Below, piece by piece: positions 13,981-26,849 of a stretch of 64,000 nucleotides of DNA. A program made the translations under genes and the position numbers. The stretch is from Epiperipatus broadwayi (taxonomy: Eukaryota; Animalia; Onychophora). Where the stretch lies: contig JAQFVV010000003.1 of NCBI GenBank assembly GCA_028023455.1, positions 17,298,001 to 17,362,000 of the forward strand. Reading direction: 5' to 3'. Each line of letters starts with the position of its first letter. Within the stretch, counting starts at the first letter, position 1. The notes beneath the pieces are model-generated. The model worked only from the letters and a program-made list of their open reading frames with translations, was not told the origin of the DNA and made no database searches.

Positions 13981-14769
13981 TAATAATAATAATATTATAC
14001 CAACTCTATTATTTTTATTTTTGAATATACATTTCTTTACCTATGTTTGTGCGCGCGTCTATATATAGAAACCTATCTTTATCTAAATTTAATTAATAAA
14101 ATCTGATTCCAATTCTGATTTCCAACTACTTTTATTTTCTTAAATATAAATTGAGATAGATAAACTATCTCAATATAGATATATAAGGTTATGCAGTGAA
14201 TAATGTAGATGCCTGCTACATCCATCGTCCATGCCTAAATTTGAATCAAAGGACATAATTTTTTTTTTTACTCAAGTAACTGAAGAATTTTTGCTATTAA
14301 GGAACTGATTAATAATCAAATTAAATAATCGTCCAAATAATGATTCAGCAATTATTACCTATAAGTAAAACAAGATGGAAAAATCAATAATTTTTCTAAC
14401 CAGCAGCCAGTTCGGCAATAGAGTCGTGGCTTCTTATTAATTGTTCTCCTGAACAGGAATACTTAAATGGACTATTTCAAATTATTTTAATGTATATATA
14501 TAATAGCATTATTCTTATAGTAATAATGTTAGAATAAAAAATATTGTAAGGGAAAAAGTAGATAAAAAAATATTTTGAAGAAGAAAACTCTGCATTTAGG
14601 TAATTAAATAAATTATTTAAAAATATCAAAATTTTAAAAATAGTAAATTTTTCTTTATTTCTTTTAAAATTACAAAACATTATTTGATTAACGTTCTCTT
14701 TACAAAAGTTTATCATTTACTTTACTAGAATTATGATTGGTTTGATTTGTTTCATTATATTTTTGTTAA

Positions 14770-14940
14770 AAGGTTTGCACCCGTTTTCTCATCAGACGAC
14801 AAATGATTAACAAGTTGTCACACAGACTTCATCAGTCAAGAGATCGATCAGATAATGAGTTATAAATTACAGTTAGTCGAATGAGTGAAAAACTAACTAA
14901 ATTCTACTTTAGAGATCCCATACTGAACAAAGGTAACGAT
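14770..14940 (+). promoter_or_regulatory. Possible promoter and non-coding first exon
   Basis: Local CpG retention, a TCAGT initiator-like motif at 14832 and a donor-like aag|gtaacg at 14933. No downstream coding exons were found. Confidence 0.2.
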
Positions 14941-17089
14941 ATTTATTTCAGAATTTTTAAAAGTAAATTTGTTTATTTATTTATGTATATATACGTTATA
15001 TAAACAATGTTGTCCAACATTTCAATCAAGGACTGGTTTAAAAATGGTCAAATAAGGCTGACCTTATTAAAGGCTATTTTCTGGTTAAAACATAAAATTA
15101 AATTGTTCGGTTTTTTTTTTTTTAAATCGATATCATTTAAAGAAATACTTATATTTCCATATAAATAAAACTAATGTAAGGGATTAATGATTTTATTATA
15201 CGGAGAAAGCATTTATTGCCACATAGTGAAAGAAATGCTCTTATATAATTTTTCAAGTTAGTCTTTAAATAATCCCTGAGGAGTAGTAGTTCCTCATAAA
15301 CTTGATCAATTGGCTGACAACTAACATGATTTTCTTTGGGTATTTTGCTTAACTGATTAAAAAATAAATAATAAGATATCTACTTCCTAATCAATATTGG
15401 GTGTCTAGCTAGGTTGGATGATAGCAAGTTATGTAATATGAGCTTATATAGGAATTTTAACCGCTAAGGAACCTTTATTTGCAATACGAATTGAATTCCG
15501 GAAAATATTCGTACTAAGTCGATGTAATAAATGCATGCAATAAATAAATAAACATTTATAAACATTTGTTTAAATAAACGAGAAAACTTAATGTATTGTT
15601 TTTTTCTTTTTAGAGTTTCAATATTAAAAGCAAGTGTTGCAATCAATATTGTCATGTAAATACACTAGGATTTTGTGTATTTACTGATTGGTTTGAGATT
15701 AAAACAGCACAATTAAAGGTAAGTGAAAAATTCATTATTTTCTAACATATAAATATTGTTAATTTACGAATATCCAATAAAATATGAAGATCATTGTAGT
15801 ATAGAGTTATCACATCCATCTATCATAATTAAGATTTGGGGCTCAAATCTGGGCCAAGATTTGGAATTTTACAATTCTAAATAGATATAAATTATTTTCA
15901 TGTAACTGGCTCATAGATAACTTATCAAGTTATTAAAAATTAATTGGAAATAGATAATGAGCTGTATTTACCCAGAGGTAAAATAAGAATGGAAAGCCAT
16001 TAACACCCTCACCACCCAATACTTGACAAGCCTGTTGAGTAATGTCTTATTTTTCTCTGTTCTCATAAAATAAATATTGAAGATAGTCTGGTTCTATCTT
16101 TTTACTTATATAATAAAACATTTGTTTGCATTTATGTCGGTAATATATATATAGTATAACTATTTTGTGCATACATATTTGCTTGCATCAATTAAATCAG
16201 ACACCAAATTACTAAAAGTCTAACAATTTCAAAAATATAGACAAGTTGACAAAAAGCTGATTGTATCTACATAACCACAACTGTTATTTGTCTATAAGAT
16301 ATCTAGAAGGTATTTGAGAATGAAGGACTAAGAAAAAGCCTAAAGATTTGACATAAAATAATAGTTGGGAACATAAAAGACAGAGAGAATAGTAATATTT
16401 AGCGACGATGAAAATCATAATAAAATAAAAAATGTTCATTGATTCCAATTATTAAACAAGACTGCAGTTATGATCAAAAGAAGGTTAATTAATTTTTTTT
16501 TTTTTGTAATGCGAAAGGCATTTTAATTTTCTTTATATGTAAAAAATTATTTATGAAGTTCAAATGATATTGGAAACTTTCTTTCTTACAATATCTAAAA
16601 GCATAAAATATTTAAAAAAAAAATAAATGAATTAGTTTAAAATTGTCATTTGAAATTAAAATTATGCATATATATAAAAGAAGCAATAATAAATTTAATC
16701 ATAATTTATATATGAAATATAAAAAGTTTTATACAAAGTAATTCAATTTGTCTAATGCACGATTTCTTTTTAAAAATTAAGAAACAATCAAATTATTAAA
16801 TGAAACTACTTTTAAAATGATTTTTTTTTTTTAAATTAAAAATGTTTCTATTTATATGTTATTATTAATATAAATGTTTTTGTGATCTGGGTTCAAATCG
16901 AGAGAGGAACTATAATTTTGTCAAATAACTCATAGATCAGAATTTTTAAAAATATCTGTCCTACAGCCAATCCACATAATCATCACTAATATCAGCCAAC
17001 AATAGAATATTTATCTACCGTTTCTTAGCTAACAATAATGTATTATCATTGATTCACATGTAGGATTGAATGAGCAAGATAAATAGAGA

Positions 17090-17500
17090 GAAATGAAAAC
17101 GAGGGGAAAACAAGTGAAAGAAAGAGAAGAAAAAAGAAAGAGGAATATAAGAAAGAGAGCGGGAGAGAGAGAGAGAGAGAGAGAAAGATGGAGAGAAAAA
17201 GAGAGAGCGAGAGAGAAAGAAGGGGAAAGGGGAGAGGAAGAGAGATGGGGACAAAGAGGGAAAGAAAAAGAACGAGAAAGAGAGAGAAATAGGAATGAAA
17301 GATTATGTAATCTAATCATATATTTTTTTGAAAAACTGAATCATTAGAACTAATAAGGGAATTAAAATGTATTTTAAAGAGGGAAAGAAAAAAAACGAGA
17401 AAGAGAGAGAAATGAATGAAAGATTATGTAATCTAATCATATATTTTTTTGAAAAACTGAATCATCAGAACTAATAAGAGAATTAAAATGTATTTTATAA
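17090..17500. repeat. GA-rich low-complexity tract followed by a ~120-bp tandem duplication
   Basis: Purine-rich run. gagggaaagaaaaa...aaaatgtattttaa occurs at about 17257-17378 and 17379-17498. Confidence 0.85.
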
Positions 17501-18039
17501 GAATGTGTATCGGGAAGGCGAAAAAAATATGTCATAAAATAATATGTTTTTTAGTATAATCAGAAGCTTTGAGAGAATGGTGGTGGGGGTATGAAACATG
17601 TTTCAATTAATTGCTGTAAAAATTACTTATACATTTCAAAGTCCATATATTTGCTACTTTTTTAGTGATTTGCAAAATAAGTTTCATCATTATTATGACC
17701 ACTTATAAACCAGTATGACCATTCTAATTCTATAAAAAGATATAAAACAAAAAGTACAACAAAGAATATAAAAAAAAAACAACAAACAAACAAAAAAAGA
17801 AGTTTAGAGTCATAACTTTTGTGTGAAATGAAAAATTTGAATTAGAATTGTATAAATAGATAATTCCATTGTTACAGATAATTTAACAGATGATCAATGT
17901 CATGAAAAACTTATAACGATTTGATTCTATAATAGGCTAAGTAAACAAAGACAGAAAATTAAGAAAGAATAAAAAAAAAGAGCAAAGAAAAGAAATAGAA
18001 ACAACTTGAATATATAACACAATTTTTATTTCAAACAAT

Positions 18040-18525
18040 ACTCTCAGATCTAAGGCTCCTCATTGATTAAAACCCCAAGCTAGAAACTAATATGGGGATA
18101 TTGGATAAGTAGGCAATAGATAGGGATTTTATGCACAAACCTTCCTGCTTCCATTGATTACTCTGGCTTCACTGAGTGGTGATACTGCATGGAGAGTTTT
18201 GCCTCTGTGAAATAATGAAATTACAAAGTTTCTTACAAAGATAAGTCATAAGCTTAAAACTAGCCCGGAGATATTGGATAAAACAGCACAAGACAAATTT
18301 ATTTAGCAATATCATCAGAAACTATTACCTACTATACTTTATAATTGGTGATATAAAGATGGTGAAAGAAAAATACATGCTGCTAAAACAGTAATGGAAT
18401 CATGGATAAAATAAATAATCAAATGATTTATTTATTGCTTGGGAGTTCGTAAGAAGTTTCAACAATGGAAGTGACTCTTCTTGACTGTGAACGATAGATC
18501 ATGAACTTCAGAGTCCATCATGATA
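18040..18525 (+). pseudogene. Coding-like relic of unknown origin
   Basis: GC-richer island. One frame reads GFYAQTFLLPLITLASLSGDTAWRVLPL*NNEITKFLTKISHKLKTSPEILDKTAQDKFI, but it carries about 11 stops over about 160 codons. Confidence 0.25.
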
Positions 18526-18836
18526 CACTATATATTATGAATATATTAAGATTCTCATTAGCCAACAAATCTTAATTAAAATAAAAAAAAATAGCACATT
18601 CAGTTTACAATTAATATTAGAAACTATTCAAAAAAATCAAGTAAATCCATTAAATATGTATTGTAAAGTTATATACAATTAAAGCATCATTAAAATGAAG
18701 TCCCCAGTTTTAAGATTCTTTTGGATTTGTGAATTGTTTGGATTTTGAGAAAAGAGTAAAAAATGCACGTATCTCGCAGCACTTAAATTTATTAATTTAT
18801 TGTTATTTAGTGAATGTTTTTTCTTTAATTTTATTT

Positions 18837-19650
18837 AAAGTAAATGGAGAGTATTTAAGTCATTTAGATTTCGCAGATGATGTAGTTGTTTTTGCAAATA
18901 ATGCTTCAGAGCTGCAGGCAATGTTGCAGGAGTTAGCAGATGAAAGTAGAAAAGTAGGACTAAAGATAAATGTTAAAAAGACTAAAGTAATGTTTAATCG
19001 ATTTGCTCAAAATATGAAAATAAAGATTGATTATGAAGAATTAGAAGAAGTTAACAGCTACAAATACCTAGGTCAGATTATTAATACAGATGGAAACATA
19101 ATGGAGGAAATTAATCATAGAATTAAATTTGGTTGGAGTGCTTTTGGTAGAAATAACTTGATACTAAAAGGAAATATGCCTATGTGTTTGAAAAGAATGG
19201 TTTTTAACAAATGTGTTTTACCAGTTCTTACTTATGGATCTGAGACTTGGATACTTAATAGAAGAGCAATACAGAGACTTCAGACCACTCAAAGGAGTAT
19301 GGAGAGATGTATGTTGGGAGTAACAAGAAGAGATTGAAAACGCAATGTATGGGTAAGACAACAAACAGGTGTTACTGATCTTATTGAAAAAATTAAAAGA
19401 TTGAAATGGAGTTGGGCTGGACATATTGCTAGAAGAAATAATAATAGATGGACAATTGAAATTTTAAACTGGATTCCAAGAGATTGTAAAAGACCCAGAA
19501 AGAGACCACATGTGAGATGGATGGATGAAATAAGAAAATGTGCAGGGGTGTAGTGGAAAAGAGAAGCTAAAGATCAGAGAAGATGGATTAAACTTGGAGA
19601 GACCTTCATCCTGCAGTGGGTTGATAATGGTTGATGATGATGATGATGAT
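18837..19650 (+). mobile_element. 5'-truncated RTE-clade LINE (RT C-terminal half), young
   Basis: FADDVVVFA, GLKINVKKTKVM, YKYLGQ, LTYGSETW, KWSWAGHIAR and RPRKRPHVRW in one frame with only two internal stops. Ends in a (TGA)n tail. Confidence 0.93.
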
Positions 19651-19995
19651 ATTTACAAACTAATTTATTTATTGTATAAAGGTTGATCATCTTTAAAATT
19701 TTATTTGAATTAATAGATTTTGAATAGTAGATATTCAGATTAATACATTCTATTAAGAATACTCAAACAACCCCAGAAGCAAAAAATACAACAGACTGCA
19801 AAAACAAAACACTCATATTAAAATAAACACCTCAAATATAAAAATATTCTTAAACAGACTTTAAAATGAAAACACATAAATAAAGATATAGCTGAGTGAA
19901 ACATTACTCTAAACCTATTATATTTTATATCTACTATGGGGTGAGAGTGTATTTTGAGAATAAAGTTGTAAAATATTAGATTAAATAAAAGTTTT

Positions 19996-20400
19996 AATTA
20001 AATTGAGAGAGTGCAAATTTGCACTCTCTCAATTTAATTTTCAATACCGTCTGCGCTTTATAAAATATTATTTACATATATTGCTGCAAAGTTATAACAT
20101 CGAAAAACTACTGCATAGTAAATGGAAAGATTTCACGCTGTATGTTTATAATTTGAACTCAGTCAATTAAGTGTGATGATATTTAAGATTCACACTCTCA
20201 GATATAAGTACTTTGGACTGGCTTGGATATATAGAAAGACAAGTAAAGAAGAGAGTGGAATCCACTCTTTTCTTATTAGATTCCATGTACCAGTGCTTAA
20301 GATCTGATTGGTTACTAATAGTCACAAGCGCTTGAGAAATTTGCACTCTCTCAATTTGATTTTCAATACCGTCTGCGTTTTATAAAATATTATTTATAAA
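19996..20400 (+). mobile_element. ~400-bp element with a 44-bp perfect terminal palindrome, ~60-bp direct repeats and a degenerate hammerhead-like motif
   Basis: Palindrome at 19996-20039. Direct repeats at 20015-20074 and 20337-20396. Hairpin at 20247-20275. CTGATTG-GTTACT-aat-AGTCAC-AAGCGCTT at 20304-20333. Confidence 0.7.
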
Positions 20401-21336
20401 AGTTTTAACCAAATTCCAGGTGACTCGTAAGTCTTTTTTCTCTTCAATTAAGTATATAATAAGCTTCATCAAATAAGATATTAGAGTTAATTAAAGTTTA
20501 TAATACAATTTTTAAAAATATATAAAAGAAATTGATAAATTATCATTAATAGCTAACTGACAATTTTATAATTGGCAAGCCATTTCCTTTCATATATACA
20601 CATAATATTTGCTGTTTGAGATGACAAAATTATTCAATCCTTTAAGTATTCTTAATCATTGTTATATATAATAGATCACAGCTTGATATGTCTTAGAAAT
20701 TTAATTTAGAATCTGTTTTTAAACTACATGAGCTTCAAATATTAAAATAATAGAATTATATTAGGAAGTTCCTTTAAAACACAAACTAATAGTAATAATG
20801 GTAAATAATTATTGTTGATCGTAGGAATCTGAAGCTAATATTGAATGCATCTACTTTTGGACAGAAACCTTGATAAACATTATGATGATAGTACAGTTAC
20901 CTGCCATAACTATAACCTGGATTGAACCTAATCCATATGAACTTAAACATTTTTTTCAACAGGTCTAAGTTTTTCATCCAATAGCTTATCCATAGCCAAA
21001 ACAGATAATCATCTAATATTATTCAGTAATTGATAAGCTAAGAATGAAAAGGGTAGAAAATTGCTTAAATTCTCATCAGATGGAAATTGGCAAGCTTGAT
21101 ATAATTATACTATCTTTATTTTTACTGTTAGATTGTGAGCAGCTGATAGAAAGATCTTTGCTATGCAGTGAGATAAATGACATCTGTTTGTATCACAGTA
21201 AAATAATTAAACAATTACTTTTTTCGACTAGTTGGTTTGCAGTATTGACTGTTTTTTATCAGCAGGGTATGAGCTTACTGCTCCTTCTCCAACATAATAT
21301 TCAAAGCTCTTTTCAAATAAATATCCATTGTGCTGA

Positions 21337-22070
21337 CCCTTACGAGATGACTCACAACCACTTCAAGTAGCTTGAATTCCATTATTTTTAATGCTACGGT
21401 AAAGATTTTGCACTTTTTTCAAAGGTTAAAAAAAGTTCCATAAGATCCTGCCCTCTCTTGAATTATTTTACAAGTAAAAAATCAATAAAACTGATGTCAA
21501 AGTATAATAAAAGAAGTAAGATGGATGATCTTCTTTTTGATTGGCTGTAATCATCAAGATCAAAGAAAGCCGCTTGTTAAAGTCACTCATCAAAATGAAA
21601 CTCTTTTCTTTCATTTGGAAAGTGATAAATGAATGTTTTAGACCATTTTAAAAGTATTTTTTGATGTATTTTTTGGCATATTATAAATTATTTTGATAAA
21701 ATATGCTAAAAATAAAATTATTTTAGAAAAATAGTTAAGACTTTAACAAAATTATTTACTTATCCATGCAACGTAAAATTGACCAAGAAATCACTGATGT
21801 CATCAAAGCTATTTGATTGGTCAGTAATAGTTGTTTTAAATTTGCCACCATTATCGAATATGTTTAAATTATAAATGAAAATTTATTTTTGAAAAAACTT
21901 TTGTTCATTTTCATAACCTGACAAATTATTAATATACTTTTTACAAATGAATCTAAAGTGAATATAATATTAAAAGATGAATATATTTTGACAGTCGAGT
22001 TTGTACTTGACCAATTAAAAGTTTACATTTTACCTCACTCGGCCAATAAAATACTAGTCGTTAAAAAGGA
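21337..22070 (+). mobile_element. piggyBac-like MITE, copy 1
   Basis: Homologous end to end with 62978-63753. Begins ccctt; termini are degraded. Confidence 0.7.
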
Positions 22071-23458
22071 TATACAAGCTATGATTATGGGAACTTAGAT
22101 TTCCCCAAAGCACTTAGACTGCTAATTTAGGATTATTAATTATATAGCTTCATTACATGTGCGTAAAATACAATTATAGAATTAAACAATTAAATATTAC
22201 AACAAAGTAGCCTAAGCAGGTGTTGTAAAAATCTACATATTATAACACTTTATACATTAATTAATATTAATCAATTTTCTATATTATATATCAAACATAT
22301 ATAATGATAAACTGAAAGTAACATAAATTAACTACTCAAATAAAGTTTAAACTAATCTGTCAATTGAATCACTGGTTAGGTGTGCTATAATCAGACAATC
22401 AGATTACCAGTAGTTTGTAGAATGTTGATGCCATAAAACCAATTGTCCTGGAGGAGCTGATTAACAGTTTAATTTAGCTTAACATTAAATATGACAAGTG
22501 TATATTAACAGTGATATTAATGGCAGGTTTATTTAAACTTTTATGAGTTAATATACTTACAATTTCCAATTATGTGTCCATGCTGTGAACATTTGATTTT
22601 ATTACTTTTATTATTATTATTTGAAAAAGAAAACTATTTACTAGTAATAATAATTAAAAATATTAATGAAACATTAAATGCCATTTAATTTTGATTATTT
22701 CCATTTGATGGCAAATTAGTTTTGATTGCTGTTGGAAATAGGGATGTTTAATGAAATAAAATGATAGATAAAATTTATAATTTCATTATTCACGCCTAAT
22801 GTTTAAGCAAGCAATTCAATTGTCTTAAGTAAAATATTAATTTTTTTATTTATAAAAATTGGGGAAATATCGGGTTTCAAATTAAATCTTGTGCTAAAAT
22901 ATATATATATAAGAAAGGTCATATATTTCATTGCAAAAAAAACAACAACTATCAAGCAGTAAACATATTGTACCGAGACAAAGTCAGTACATGTATATAC
23001 CCACACACACAAGCAGTGTAAATATTCTATATTCTATTTACACTCAATTTATGATAAATTGAATAAATGTATTTTCTTTCAATATTTTATAAATTACACT
23101 ATAAAATAAAATGTTAATATTTCTGATTAAATAGTTAATAAAATGTTAATAATTCTAATTAAATAATTTAAGGCTTTCATATAATTTATTATAATAATAT
23201 CCTCTAAAAAAAAAAACTAAAAATATTAAAATATTACTAATATGCCATTCTAAATCTCAATAAGTAATTTCTACTTGTATATGCTGCGGGGGTAATTAAG
23301 AAAAGGGTTTATTTTAAATTATAACTATAGCAAAAGTTAAAAGCTTATAGAGGTGATTTTGAGATTAAATGCTCGACTTTTAAACTAATGTAAGATTGTA
23401 TTGTTCTCTTAAAACACACACGCACGTATGCATCAAAGGTGTGAATAAGTATAAATTT

Positions 23459-25237
23459 TGTAACTGAGATTGCAATATGAGATTGCCTAAACCTAAGATT
23501 GCCTCAAGCATATGGATTGAATGAACATTACGTAGGACACGGACCCCAACGACAACTCAGAGAATATTGAACTCTGGGTGGAGATTGGATCCTCAGATAA
23601 TAGCCAACCCATATAAATATGAGTCTTAGTCTTTGTCTAGAGCTGAAAAACCCTAAAAACCCTGAAATGCTTGGTTACAGTTTTTTACATTCTTTGTTTT
23701 TGTTTTGCTTATGCTTATAGTTTTTTAAAATTCTTCCAGAAGCTACAACTATAACTTTTTGCTACCCGGTCTACCCAATATGACCACTGTGAAATTAACC
23801 TTTAGAGCGTCGATAATCATGATGGGCTAAGAAACCCCTCAGTGATTGATCGACGCTCCGCCGCCAGAACATCTCCACCGCTATGAATAATCAACAACAG
23901 TGCCATCCAAACATCGTACTCCAATCAGTCCAATGACGTTGTCCCATCTAACTTACAAGAATCGTCCAAACATACTATGCTGAACTTATATAAAATAAAT
24001 AACCACTTATTATGGAAACAGTATCCAACTGGTTCGAACCCTCACCAAATTAGAAGCAGCAGAAGACTACGCAAAATCCTAGGTAAACATTTTATTTCTT
24101 TTATGCTCCCATTCATTCTTTAAGTATACTTTAAAAGGCAATCTCATAACTAATTAAACTCACATTTCGTAAATCAAAATATAAAATGATCCATAATCCC
24201 TCATATTTGAATATTAATATTTTAACCTCAACTTCCGTAAATAAAATATCAGACGTTATATAATTCCTCATATTTAAATCTTAGGACTTTTCCTGTTATG
24301 AACTTTGATCAGAATTATTGTTTTCTTTTCGCAACGAAATTATAACACACACCTAACTTCAAATGTAAAAGAAGGAAATATATTATATCATCCATGTTTA
24401 TTATGCATAATATGTTCTTTTCTGTGCGAGTGCAAGAATGCGTGTATGTGTGTGCAAATAAATCTATTAACTAATGTTTCAGTTTTTTATATTCAATAAA
24501 TTCCATTTTATTTAAACAAGTCGAGCATTCCTCAAATCATTCTCTATAATTAAAAAATATATTTAAGTATTATAATTAAAATTTATTCACGCAATTAATT
24601 ATGTTTACTTTTAAATTTGTCTTTCTTATCTTTGTTTTGTTTATTTCTTTAAATTTCATCGTGCCGTAAGTCACGATGTTTATTTACTATGTAGTTAAGA
24701 TAGGTTTAAGAGTTGGGAGGGCCTATTATTAATCTGTGTAATTAAATGTCAATAAAGATAATATGAATAATTCTATTGGACTGTATGATAATGGGGGGAT
24801 GATATTACAAGCTTCTATTTTTTTTTTTGTATAAGGACGCATAAATCAAACATTCGTACTAGTTGCAAATGACCAATGTCCCGGCCCAATATTTGGACCG
24901 ATCTGTAAATCAACCAAGCTTCTTCTCTATTGGTTATTATTGTGTCTTTTACCAGAATGATATTCTTGAAACAATTTCATCGCGACCCTGAGTGACCCTT
25001 ATTGGTCCATGCTGGGAGTTTGAGCTTATGGGCGGGATAAGACTTCGGAATCGTTTTGATATGACGTAAGGTGATGCGAGAAATTAAATTGTAAATTAAA
25101 TCATCGTATCTGGCGCCCCCTTGTGTTGATAATGAACAACTATCGATATAGGAAATTAAATAAAGCTTTACGCTATATCATGTTTATTTTGGAGCTCTCA
25201 ATCCCTAGACGATCGGTTGAATAAGCGACCGGTTACA
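23459..25237 (+). mobile_element. CpG-retaining, LTR-like young repeat region
   Basis: TGTAAC at 23459, GTTACA ends at 23679 and 25237, AATAAA near 25157, and many CpGs unlike the flanks. No protein domain was recognised. Confidence 0.35.
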
Positions 25238-26849
25238 ATATATATATACATAAGCTTTATCCAATATATTATTTTGTCTACAAAGTTGTTTCATTTATTG
25301 TGTTTTATATATAGGGGGTTTGAACTCAGACTTTCACATGACCCTCAATGATCTATGCTATTTCATATCTCTGTTACATTTGATCACACATATTAAATGA
25401 AATTTGTTTTTAATGCAATACAAGATCGAAATTAAATGAAATTTTATTAAAAAATCCAAAGTTAAACATTATTTCTTTCTTTAATGAACAGAATAAATCC
25501 AGAAATGAAATAATAGAATACTTTGGTATAATTTATCTCCAGAAAAATATGTAAGATAACCGTTCTACATAACATTTTATAAAAGATAATGATTTGAATA
25601 AAAACAGGAGTTGTTATACTAATTTAAGAGGAGTCTTCTTATAATTGAGCTTCTTTAAAATAATTGTTTTGATAGTGAGGTATCTTTTAGCATATTCTGT
25701 GTCTTTATATGAAAAAGTCTTGTATGTTTCTACATTTGATCTGAAAGTTTAAAGCCTTTACACAGCTCTATTACAATAACATGGTTAAAATTTGAAAATT
25801 ATTATTTTAATAGTTACTTATTACACAATATTTTATGTGAGTTTAAGGCTGATAAAAGAAATACAATATACTTTATACTTTTTATGATAGATTACATTGA
25901 CTAAAATATAAAAATAAAATATTTCACTTTATTATTTTACACATTTTTTGCTATTCTTAAACAATTACTTCACGTTTCCTAATCAAGATGCTTCAGATTC
26001 ACCTATATAGGTGGACATTTAGGTTAAAGATAAGACAGTCACTCTTATCTTTATAAATGTCACTATTTTGTGTCATGGTTTGGAAGGTTCCCTCTATCAG
26101 CAAAATATGCTTGATTATTGCGAATTTTAAAGTGCATTGAGTCCAAGCTAAAGTCTGTTTAAACTATTTAAAAGAAATATTGTTATGGGACATAATATAT
26201 TTTTAAAAAATGATCAAAACAGAAATGTCTTGCTTATAAATAAAAATCGCAAATTAAAATGAAGTGAGTGAAAGAACATTCAGTTTTAAAATAGCCAGAA
26301 ATATAAGAATAAACAAACATGTATATAGCAAAAGTGAAATTTGAATATCCTGTATTGGGATAAATATTAAAAAAAATAAAGTTTATCACATTCTTTTATT
26401 ACTGATACTTAAAGAGCTATATAGAAGTTTATCTAGCAACAGTGACATTCTGATCATTTTATTGAAATAATAATTTACTTTTAAAATTATGTTTGGAAAA
26501 TACATATACACACATACATAAATATTCTAAAGACCAACTCTTTATAAGATGTGAATATCAATGCCAGAAGCTACTTTACCAAACTCATTTTGTTTATAAA
26601 ATAAAAAATATTTTGAGTGCAGTCAGTTTAATAAAGTGGTTAATGCATTGATATTCCTAGAGTGTGTAGGGTTAGTTATTAAATATTTACATTAAATTTT
26701 AAATGCTTATTAATTAATTTCTATATATTGTAACAGATTAAAAATGTGCAATGGGAAATAATAACTAGTATAGCCTAAATGAAATATAGCCCAAACATTG
26801 GTCATCATTTGTAACATATTAAATATGAGAGTATACTATTTTTTTAATG

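Noticed and set aside
17029-17347. Three overlapping ORFs rich in L/S/F or E/R/K
   Set aside because: Produced by a GA-rich low-complexity tract.
21050-21082. CTGATGA plus hairpin on the minus strand
   Set aside because: No GAAA box follows the hairpin.
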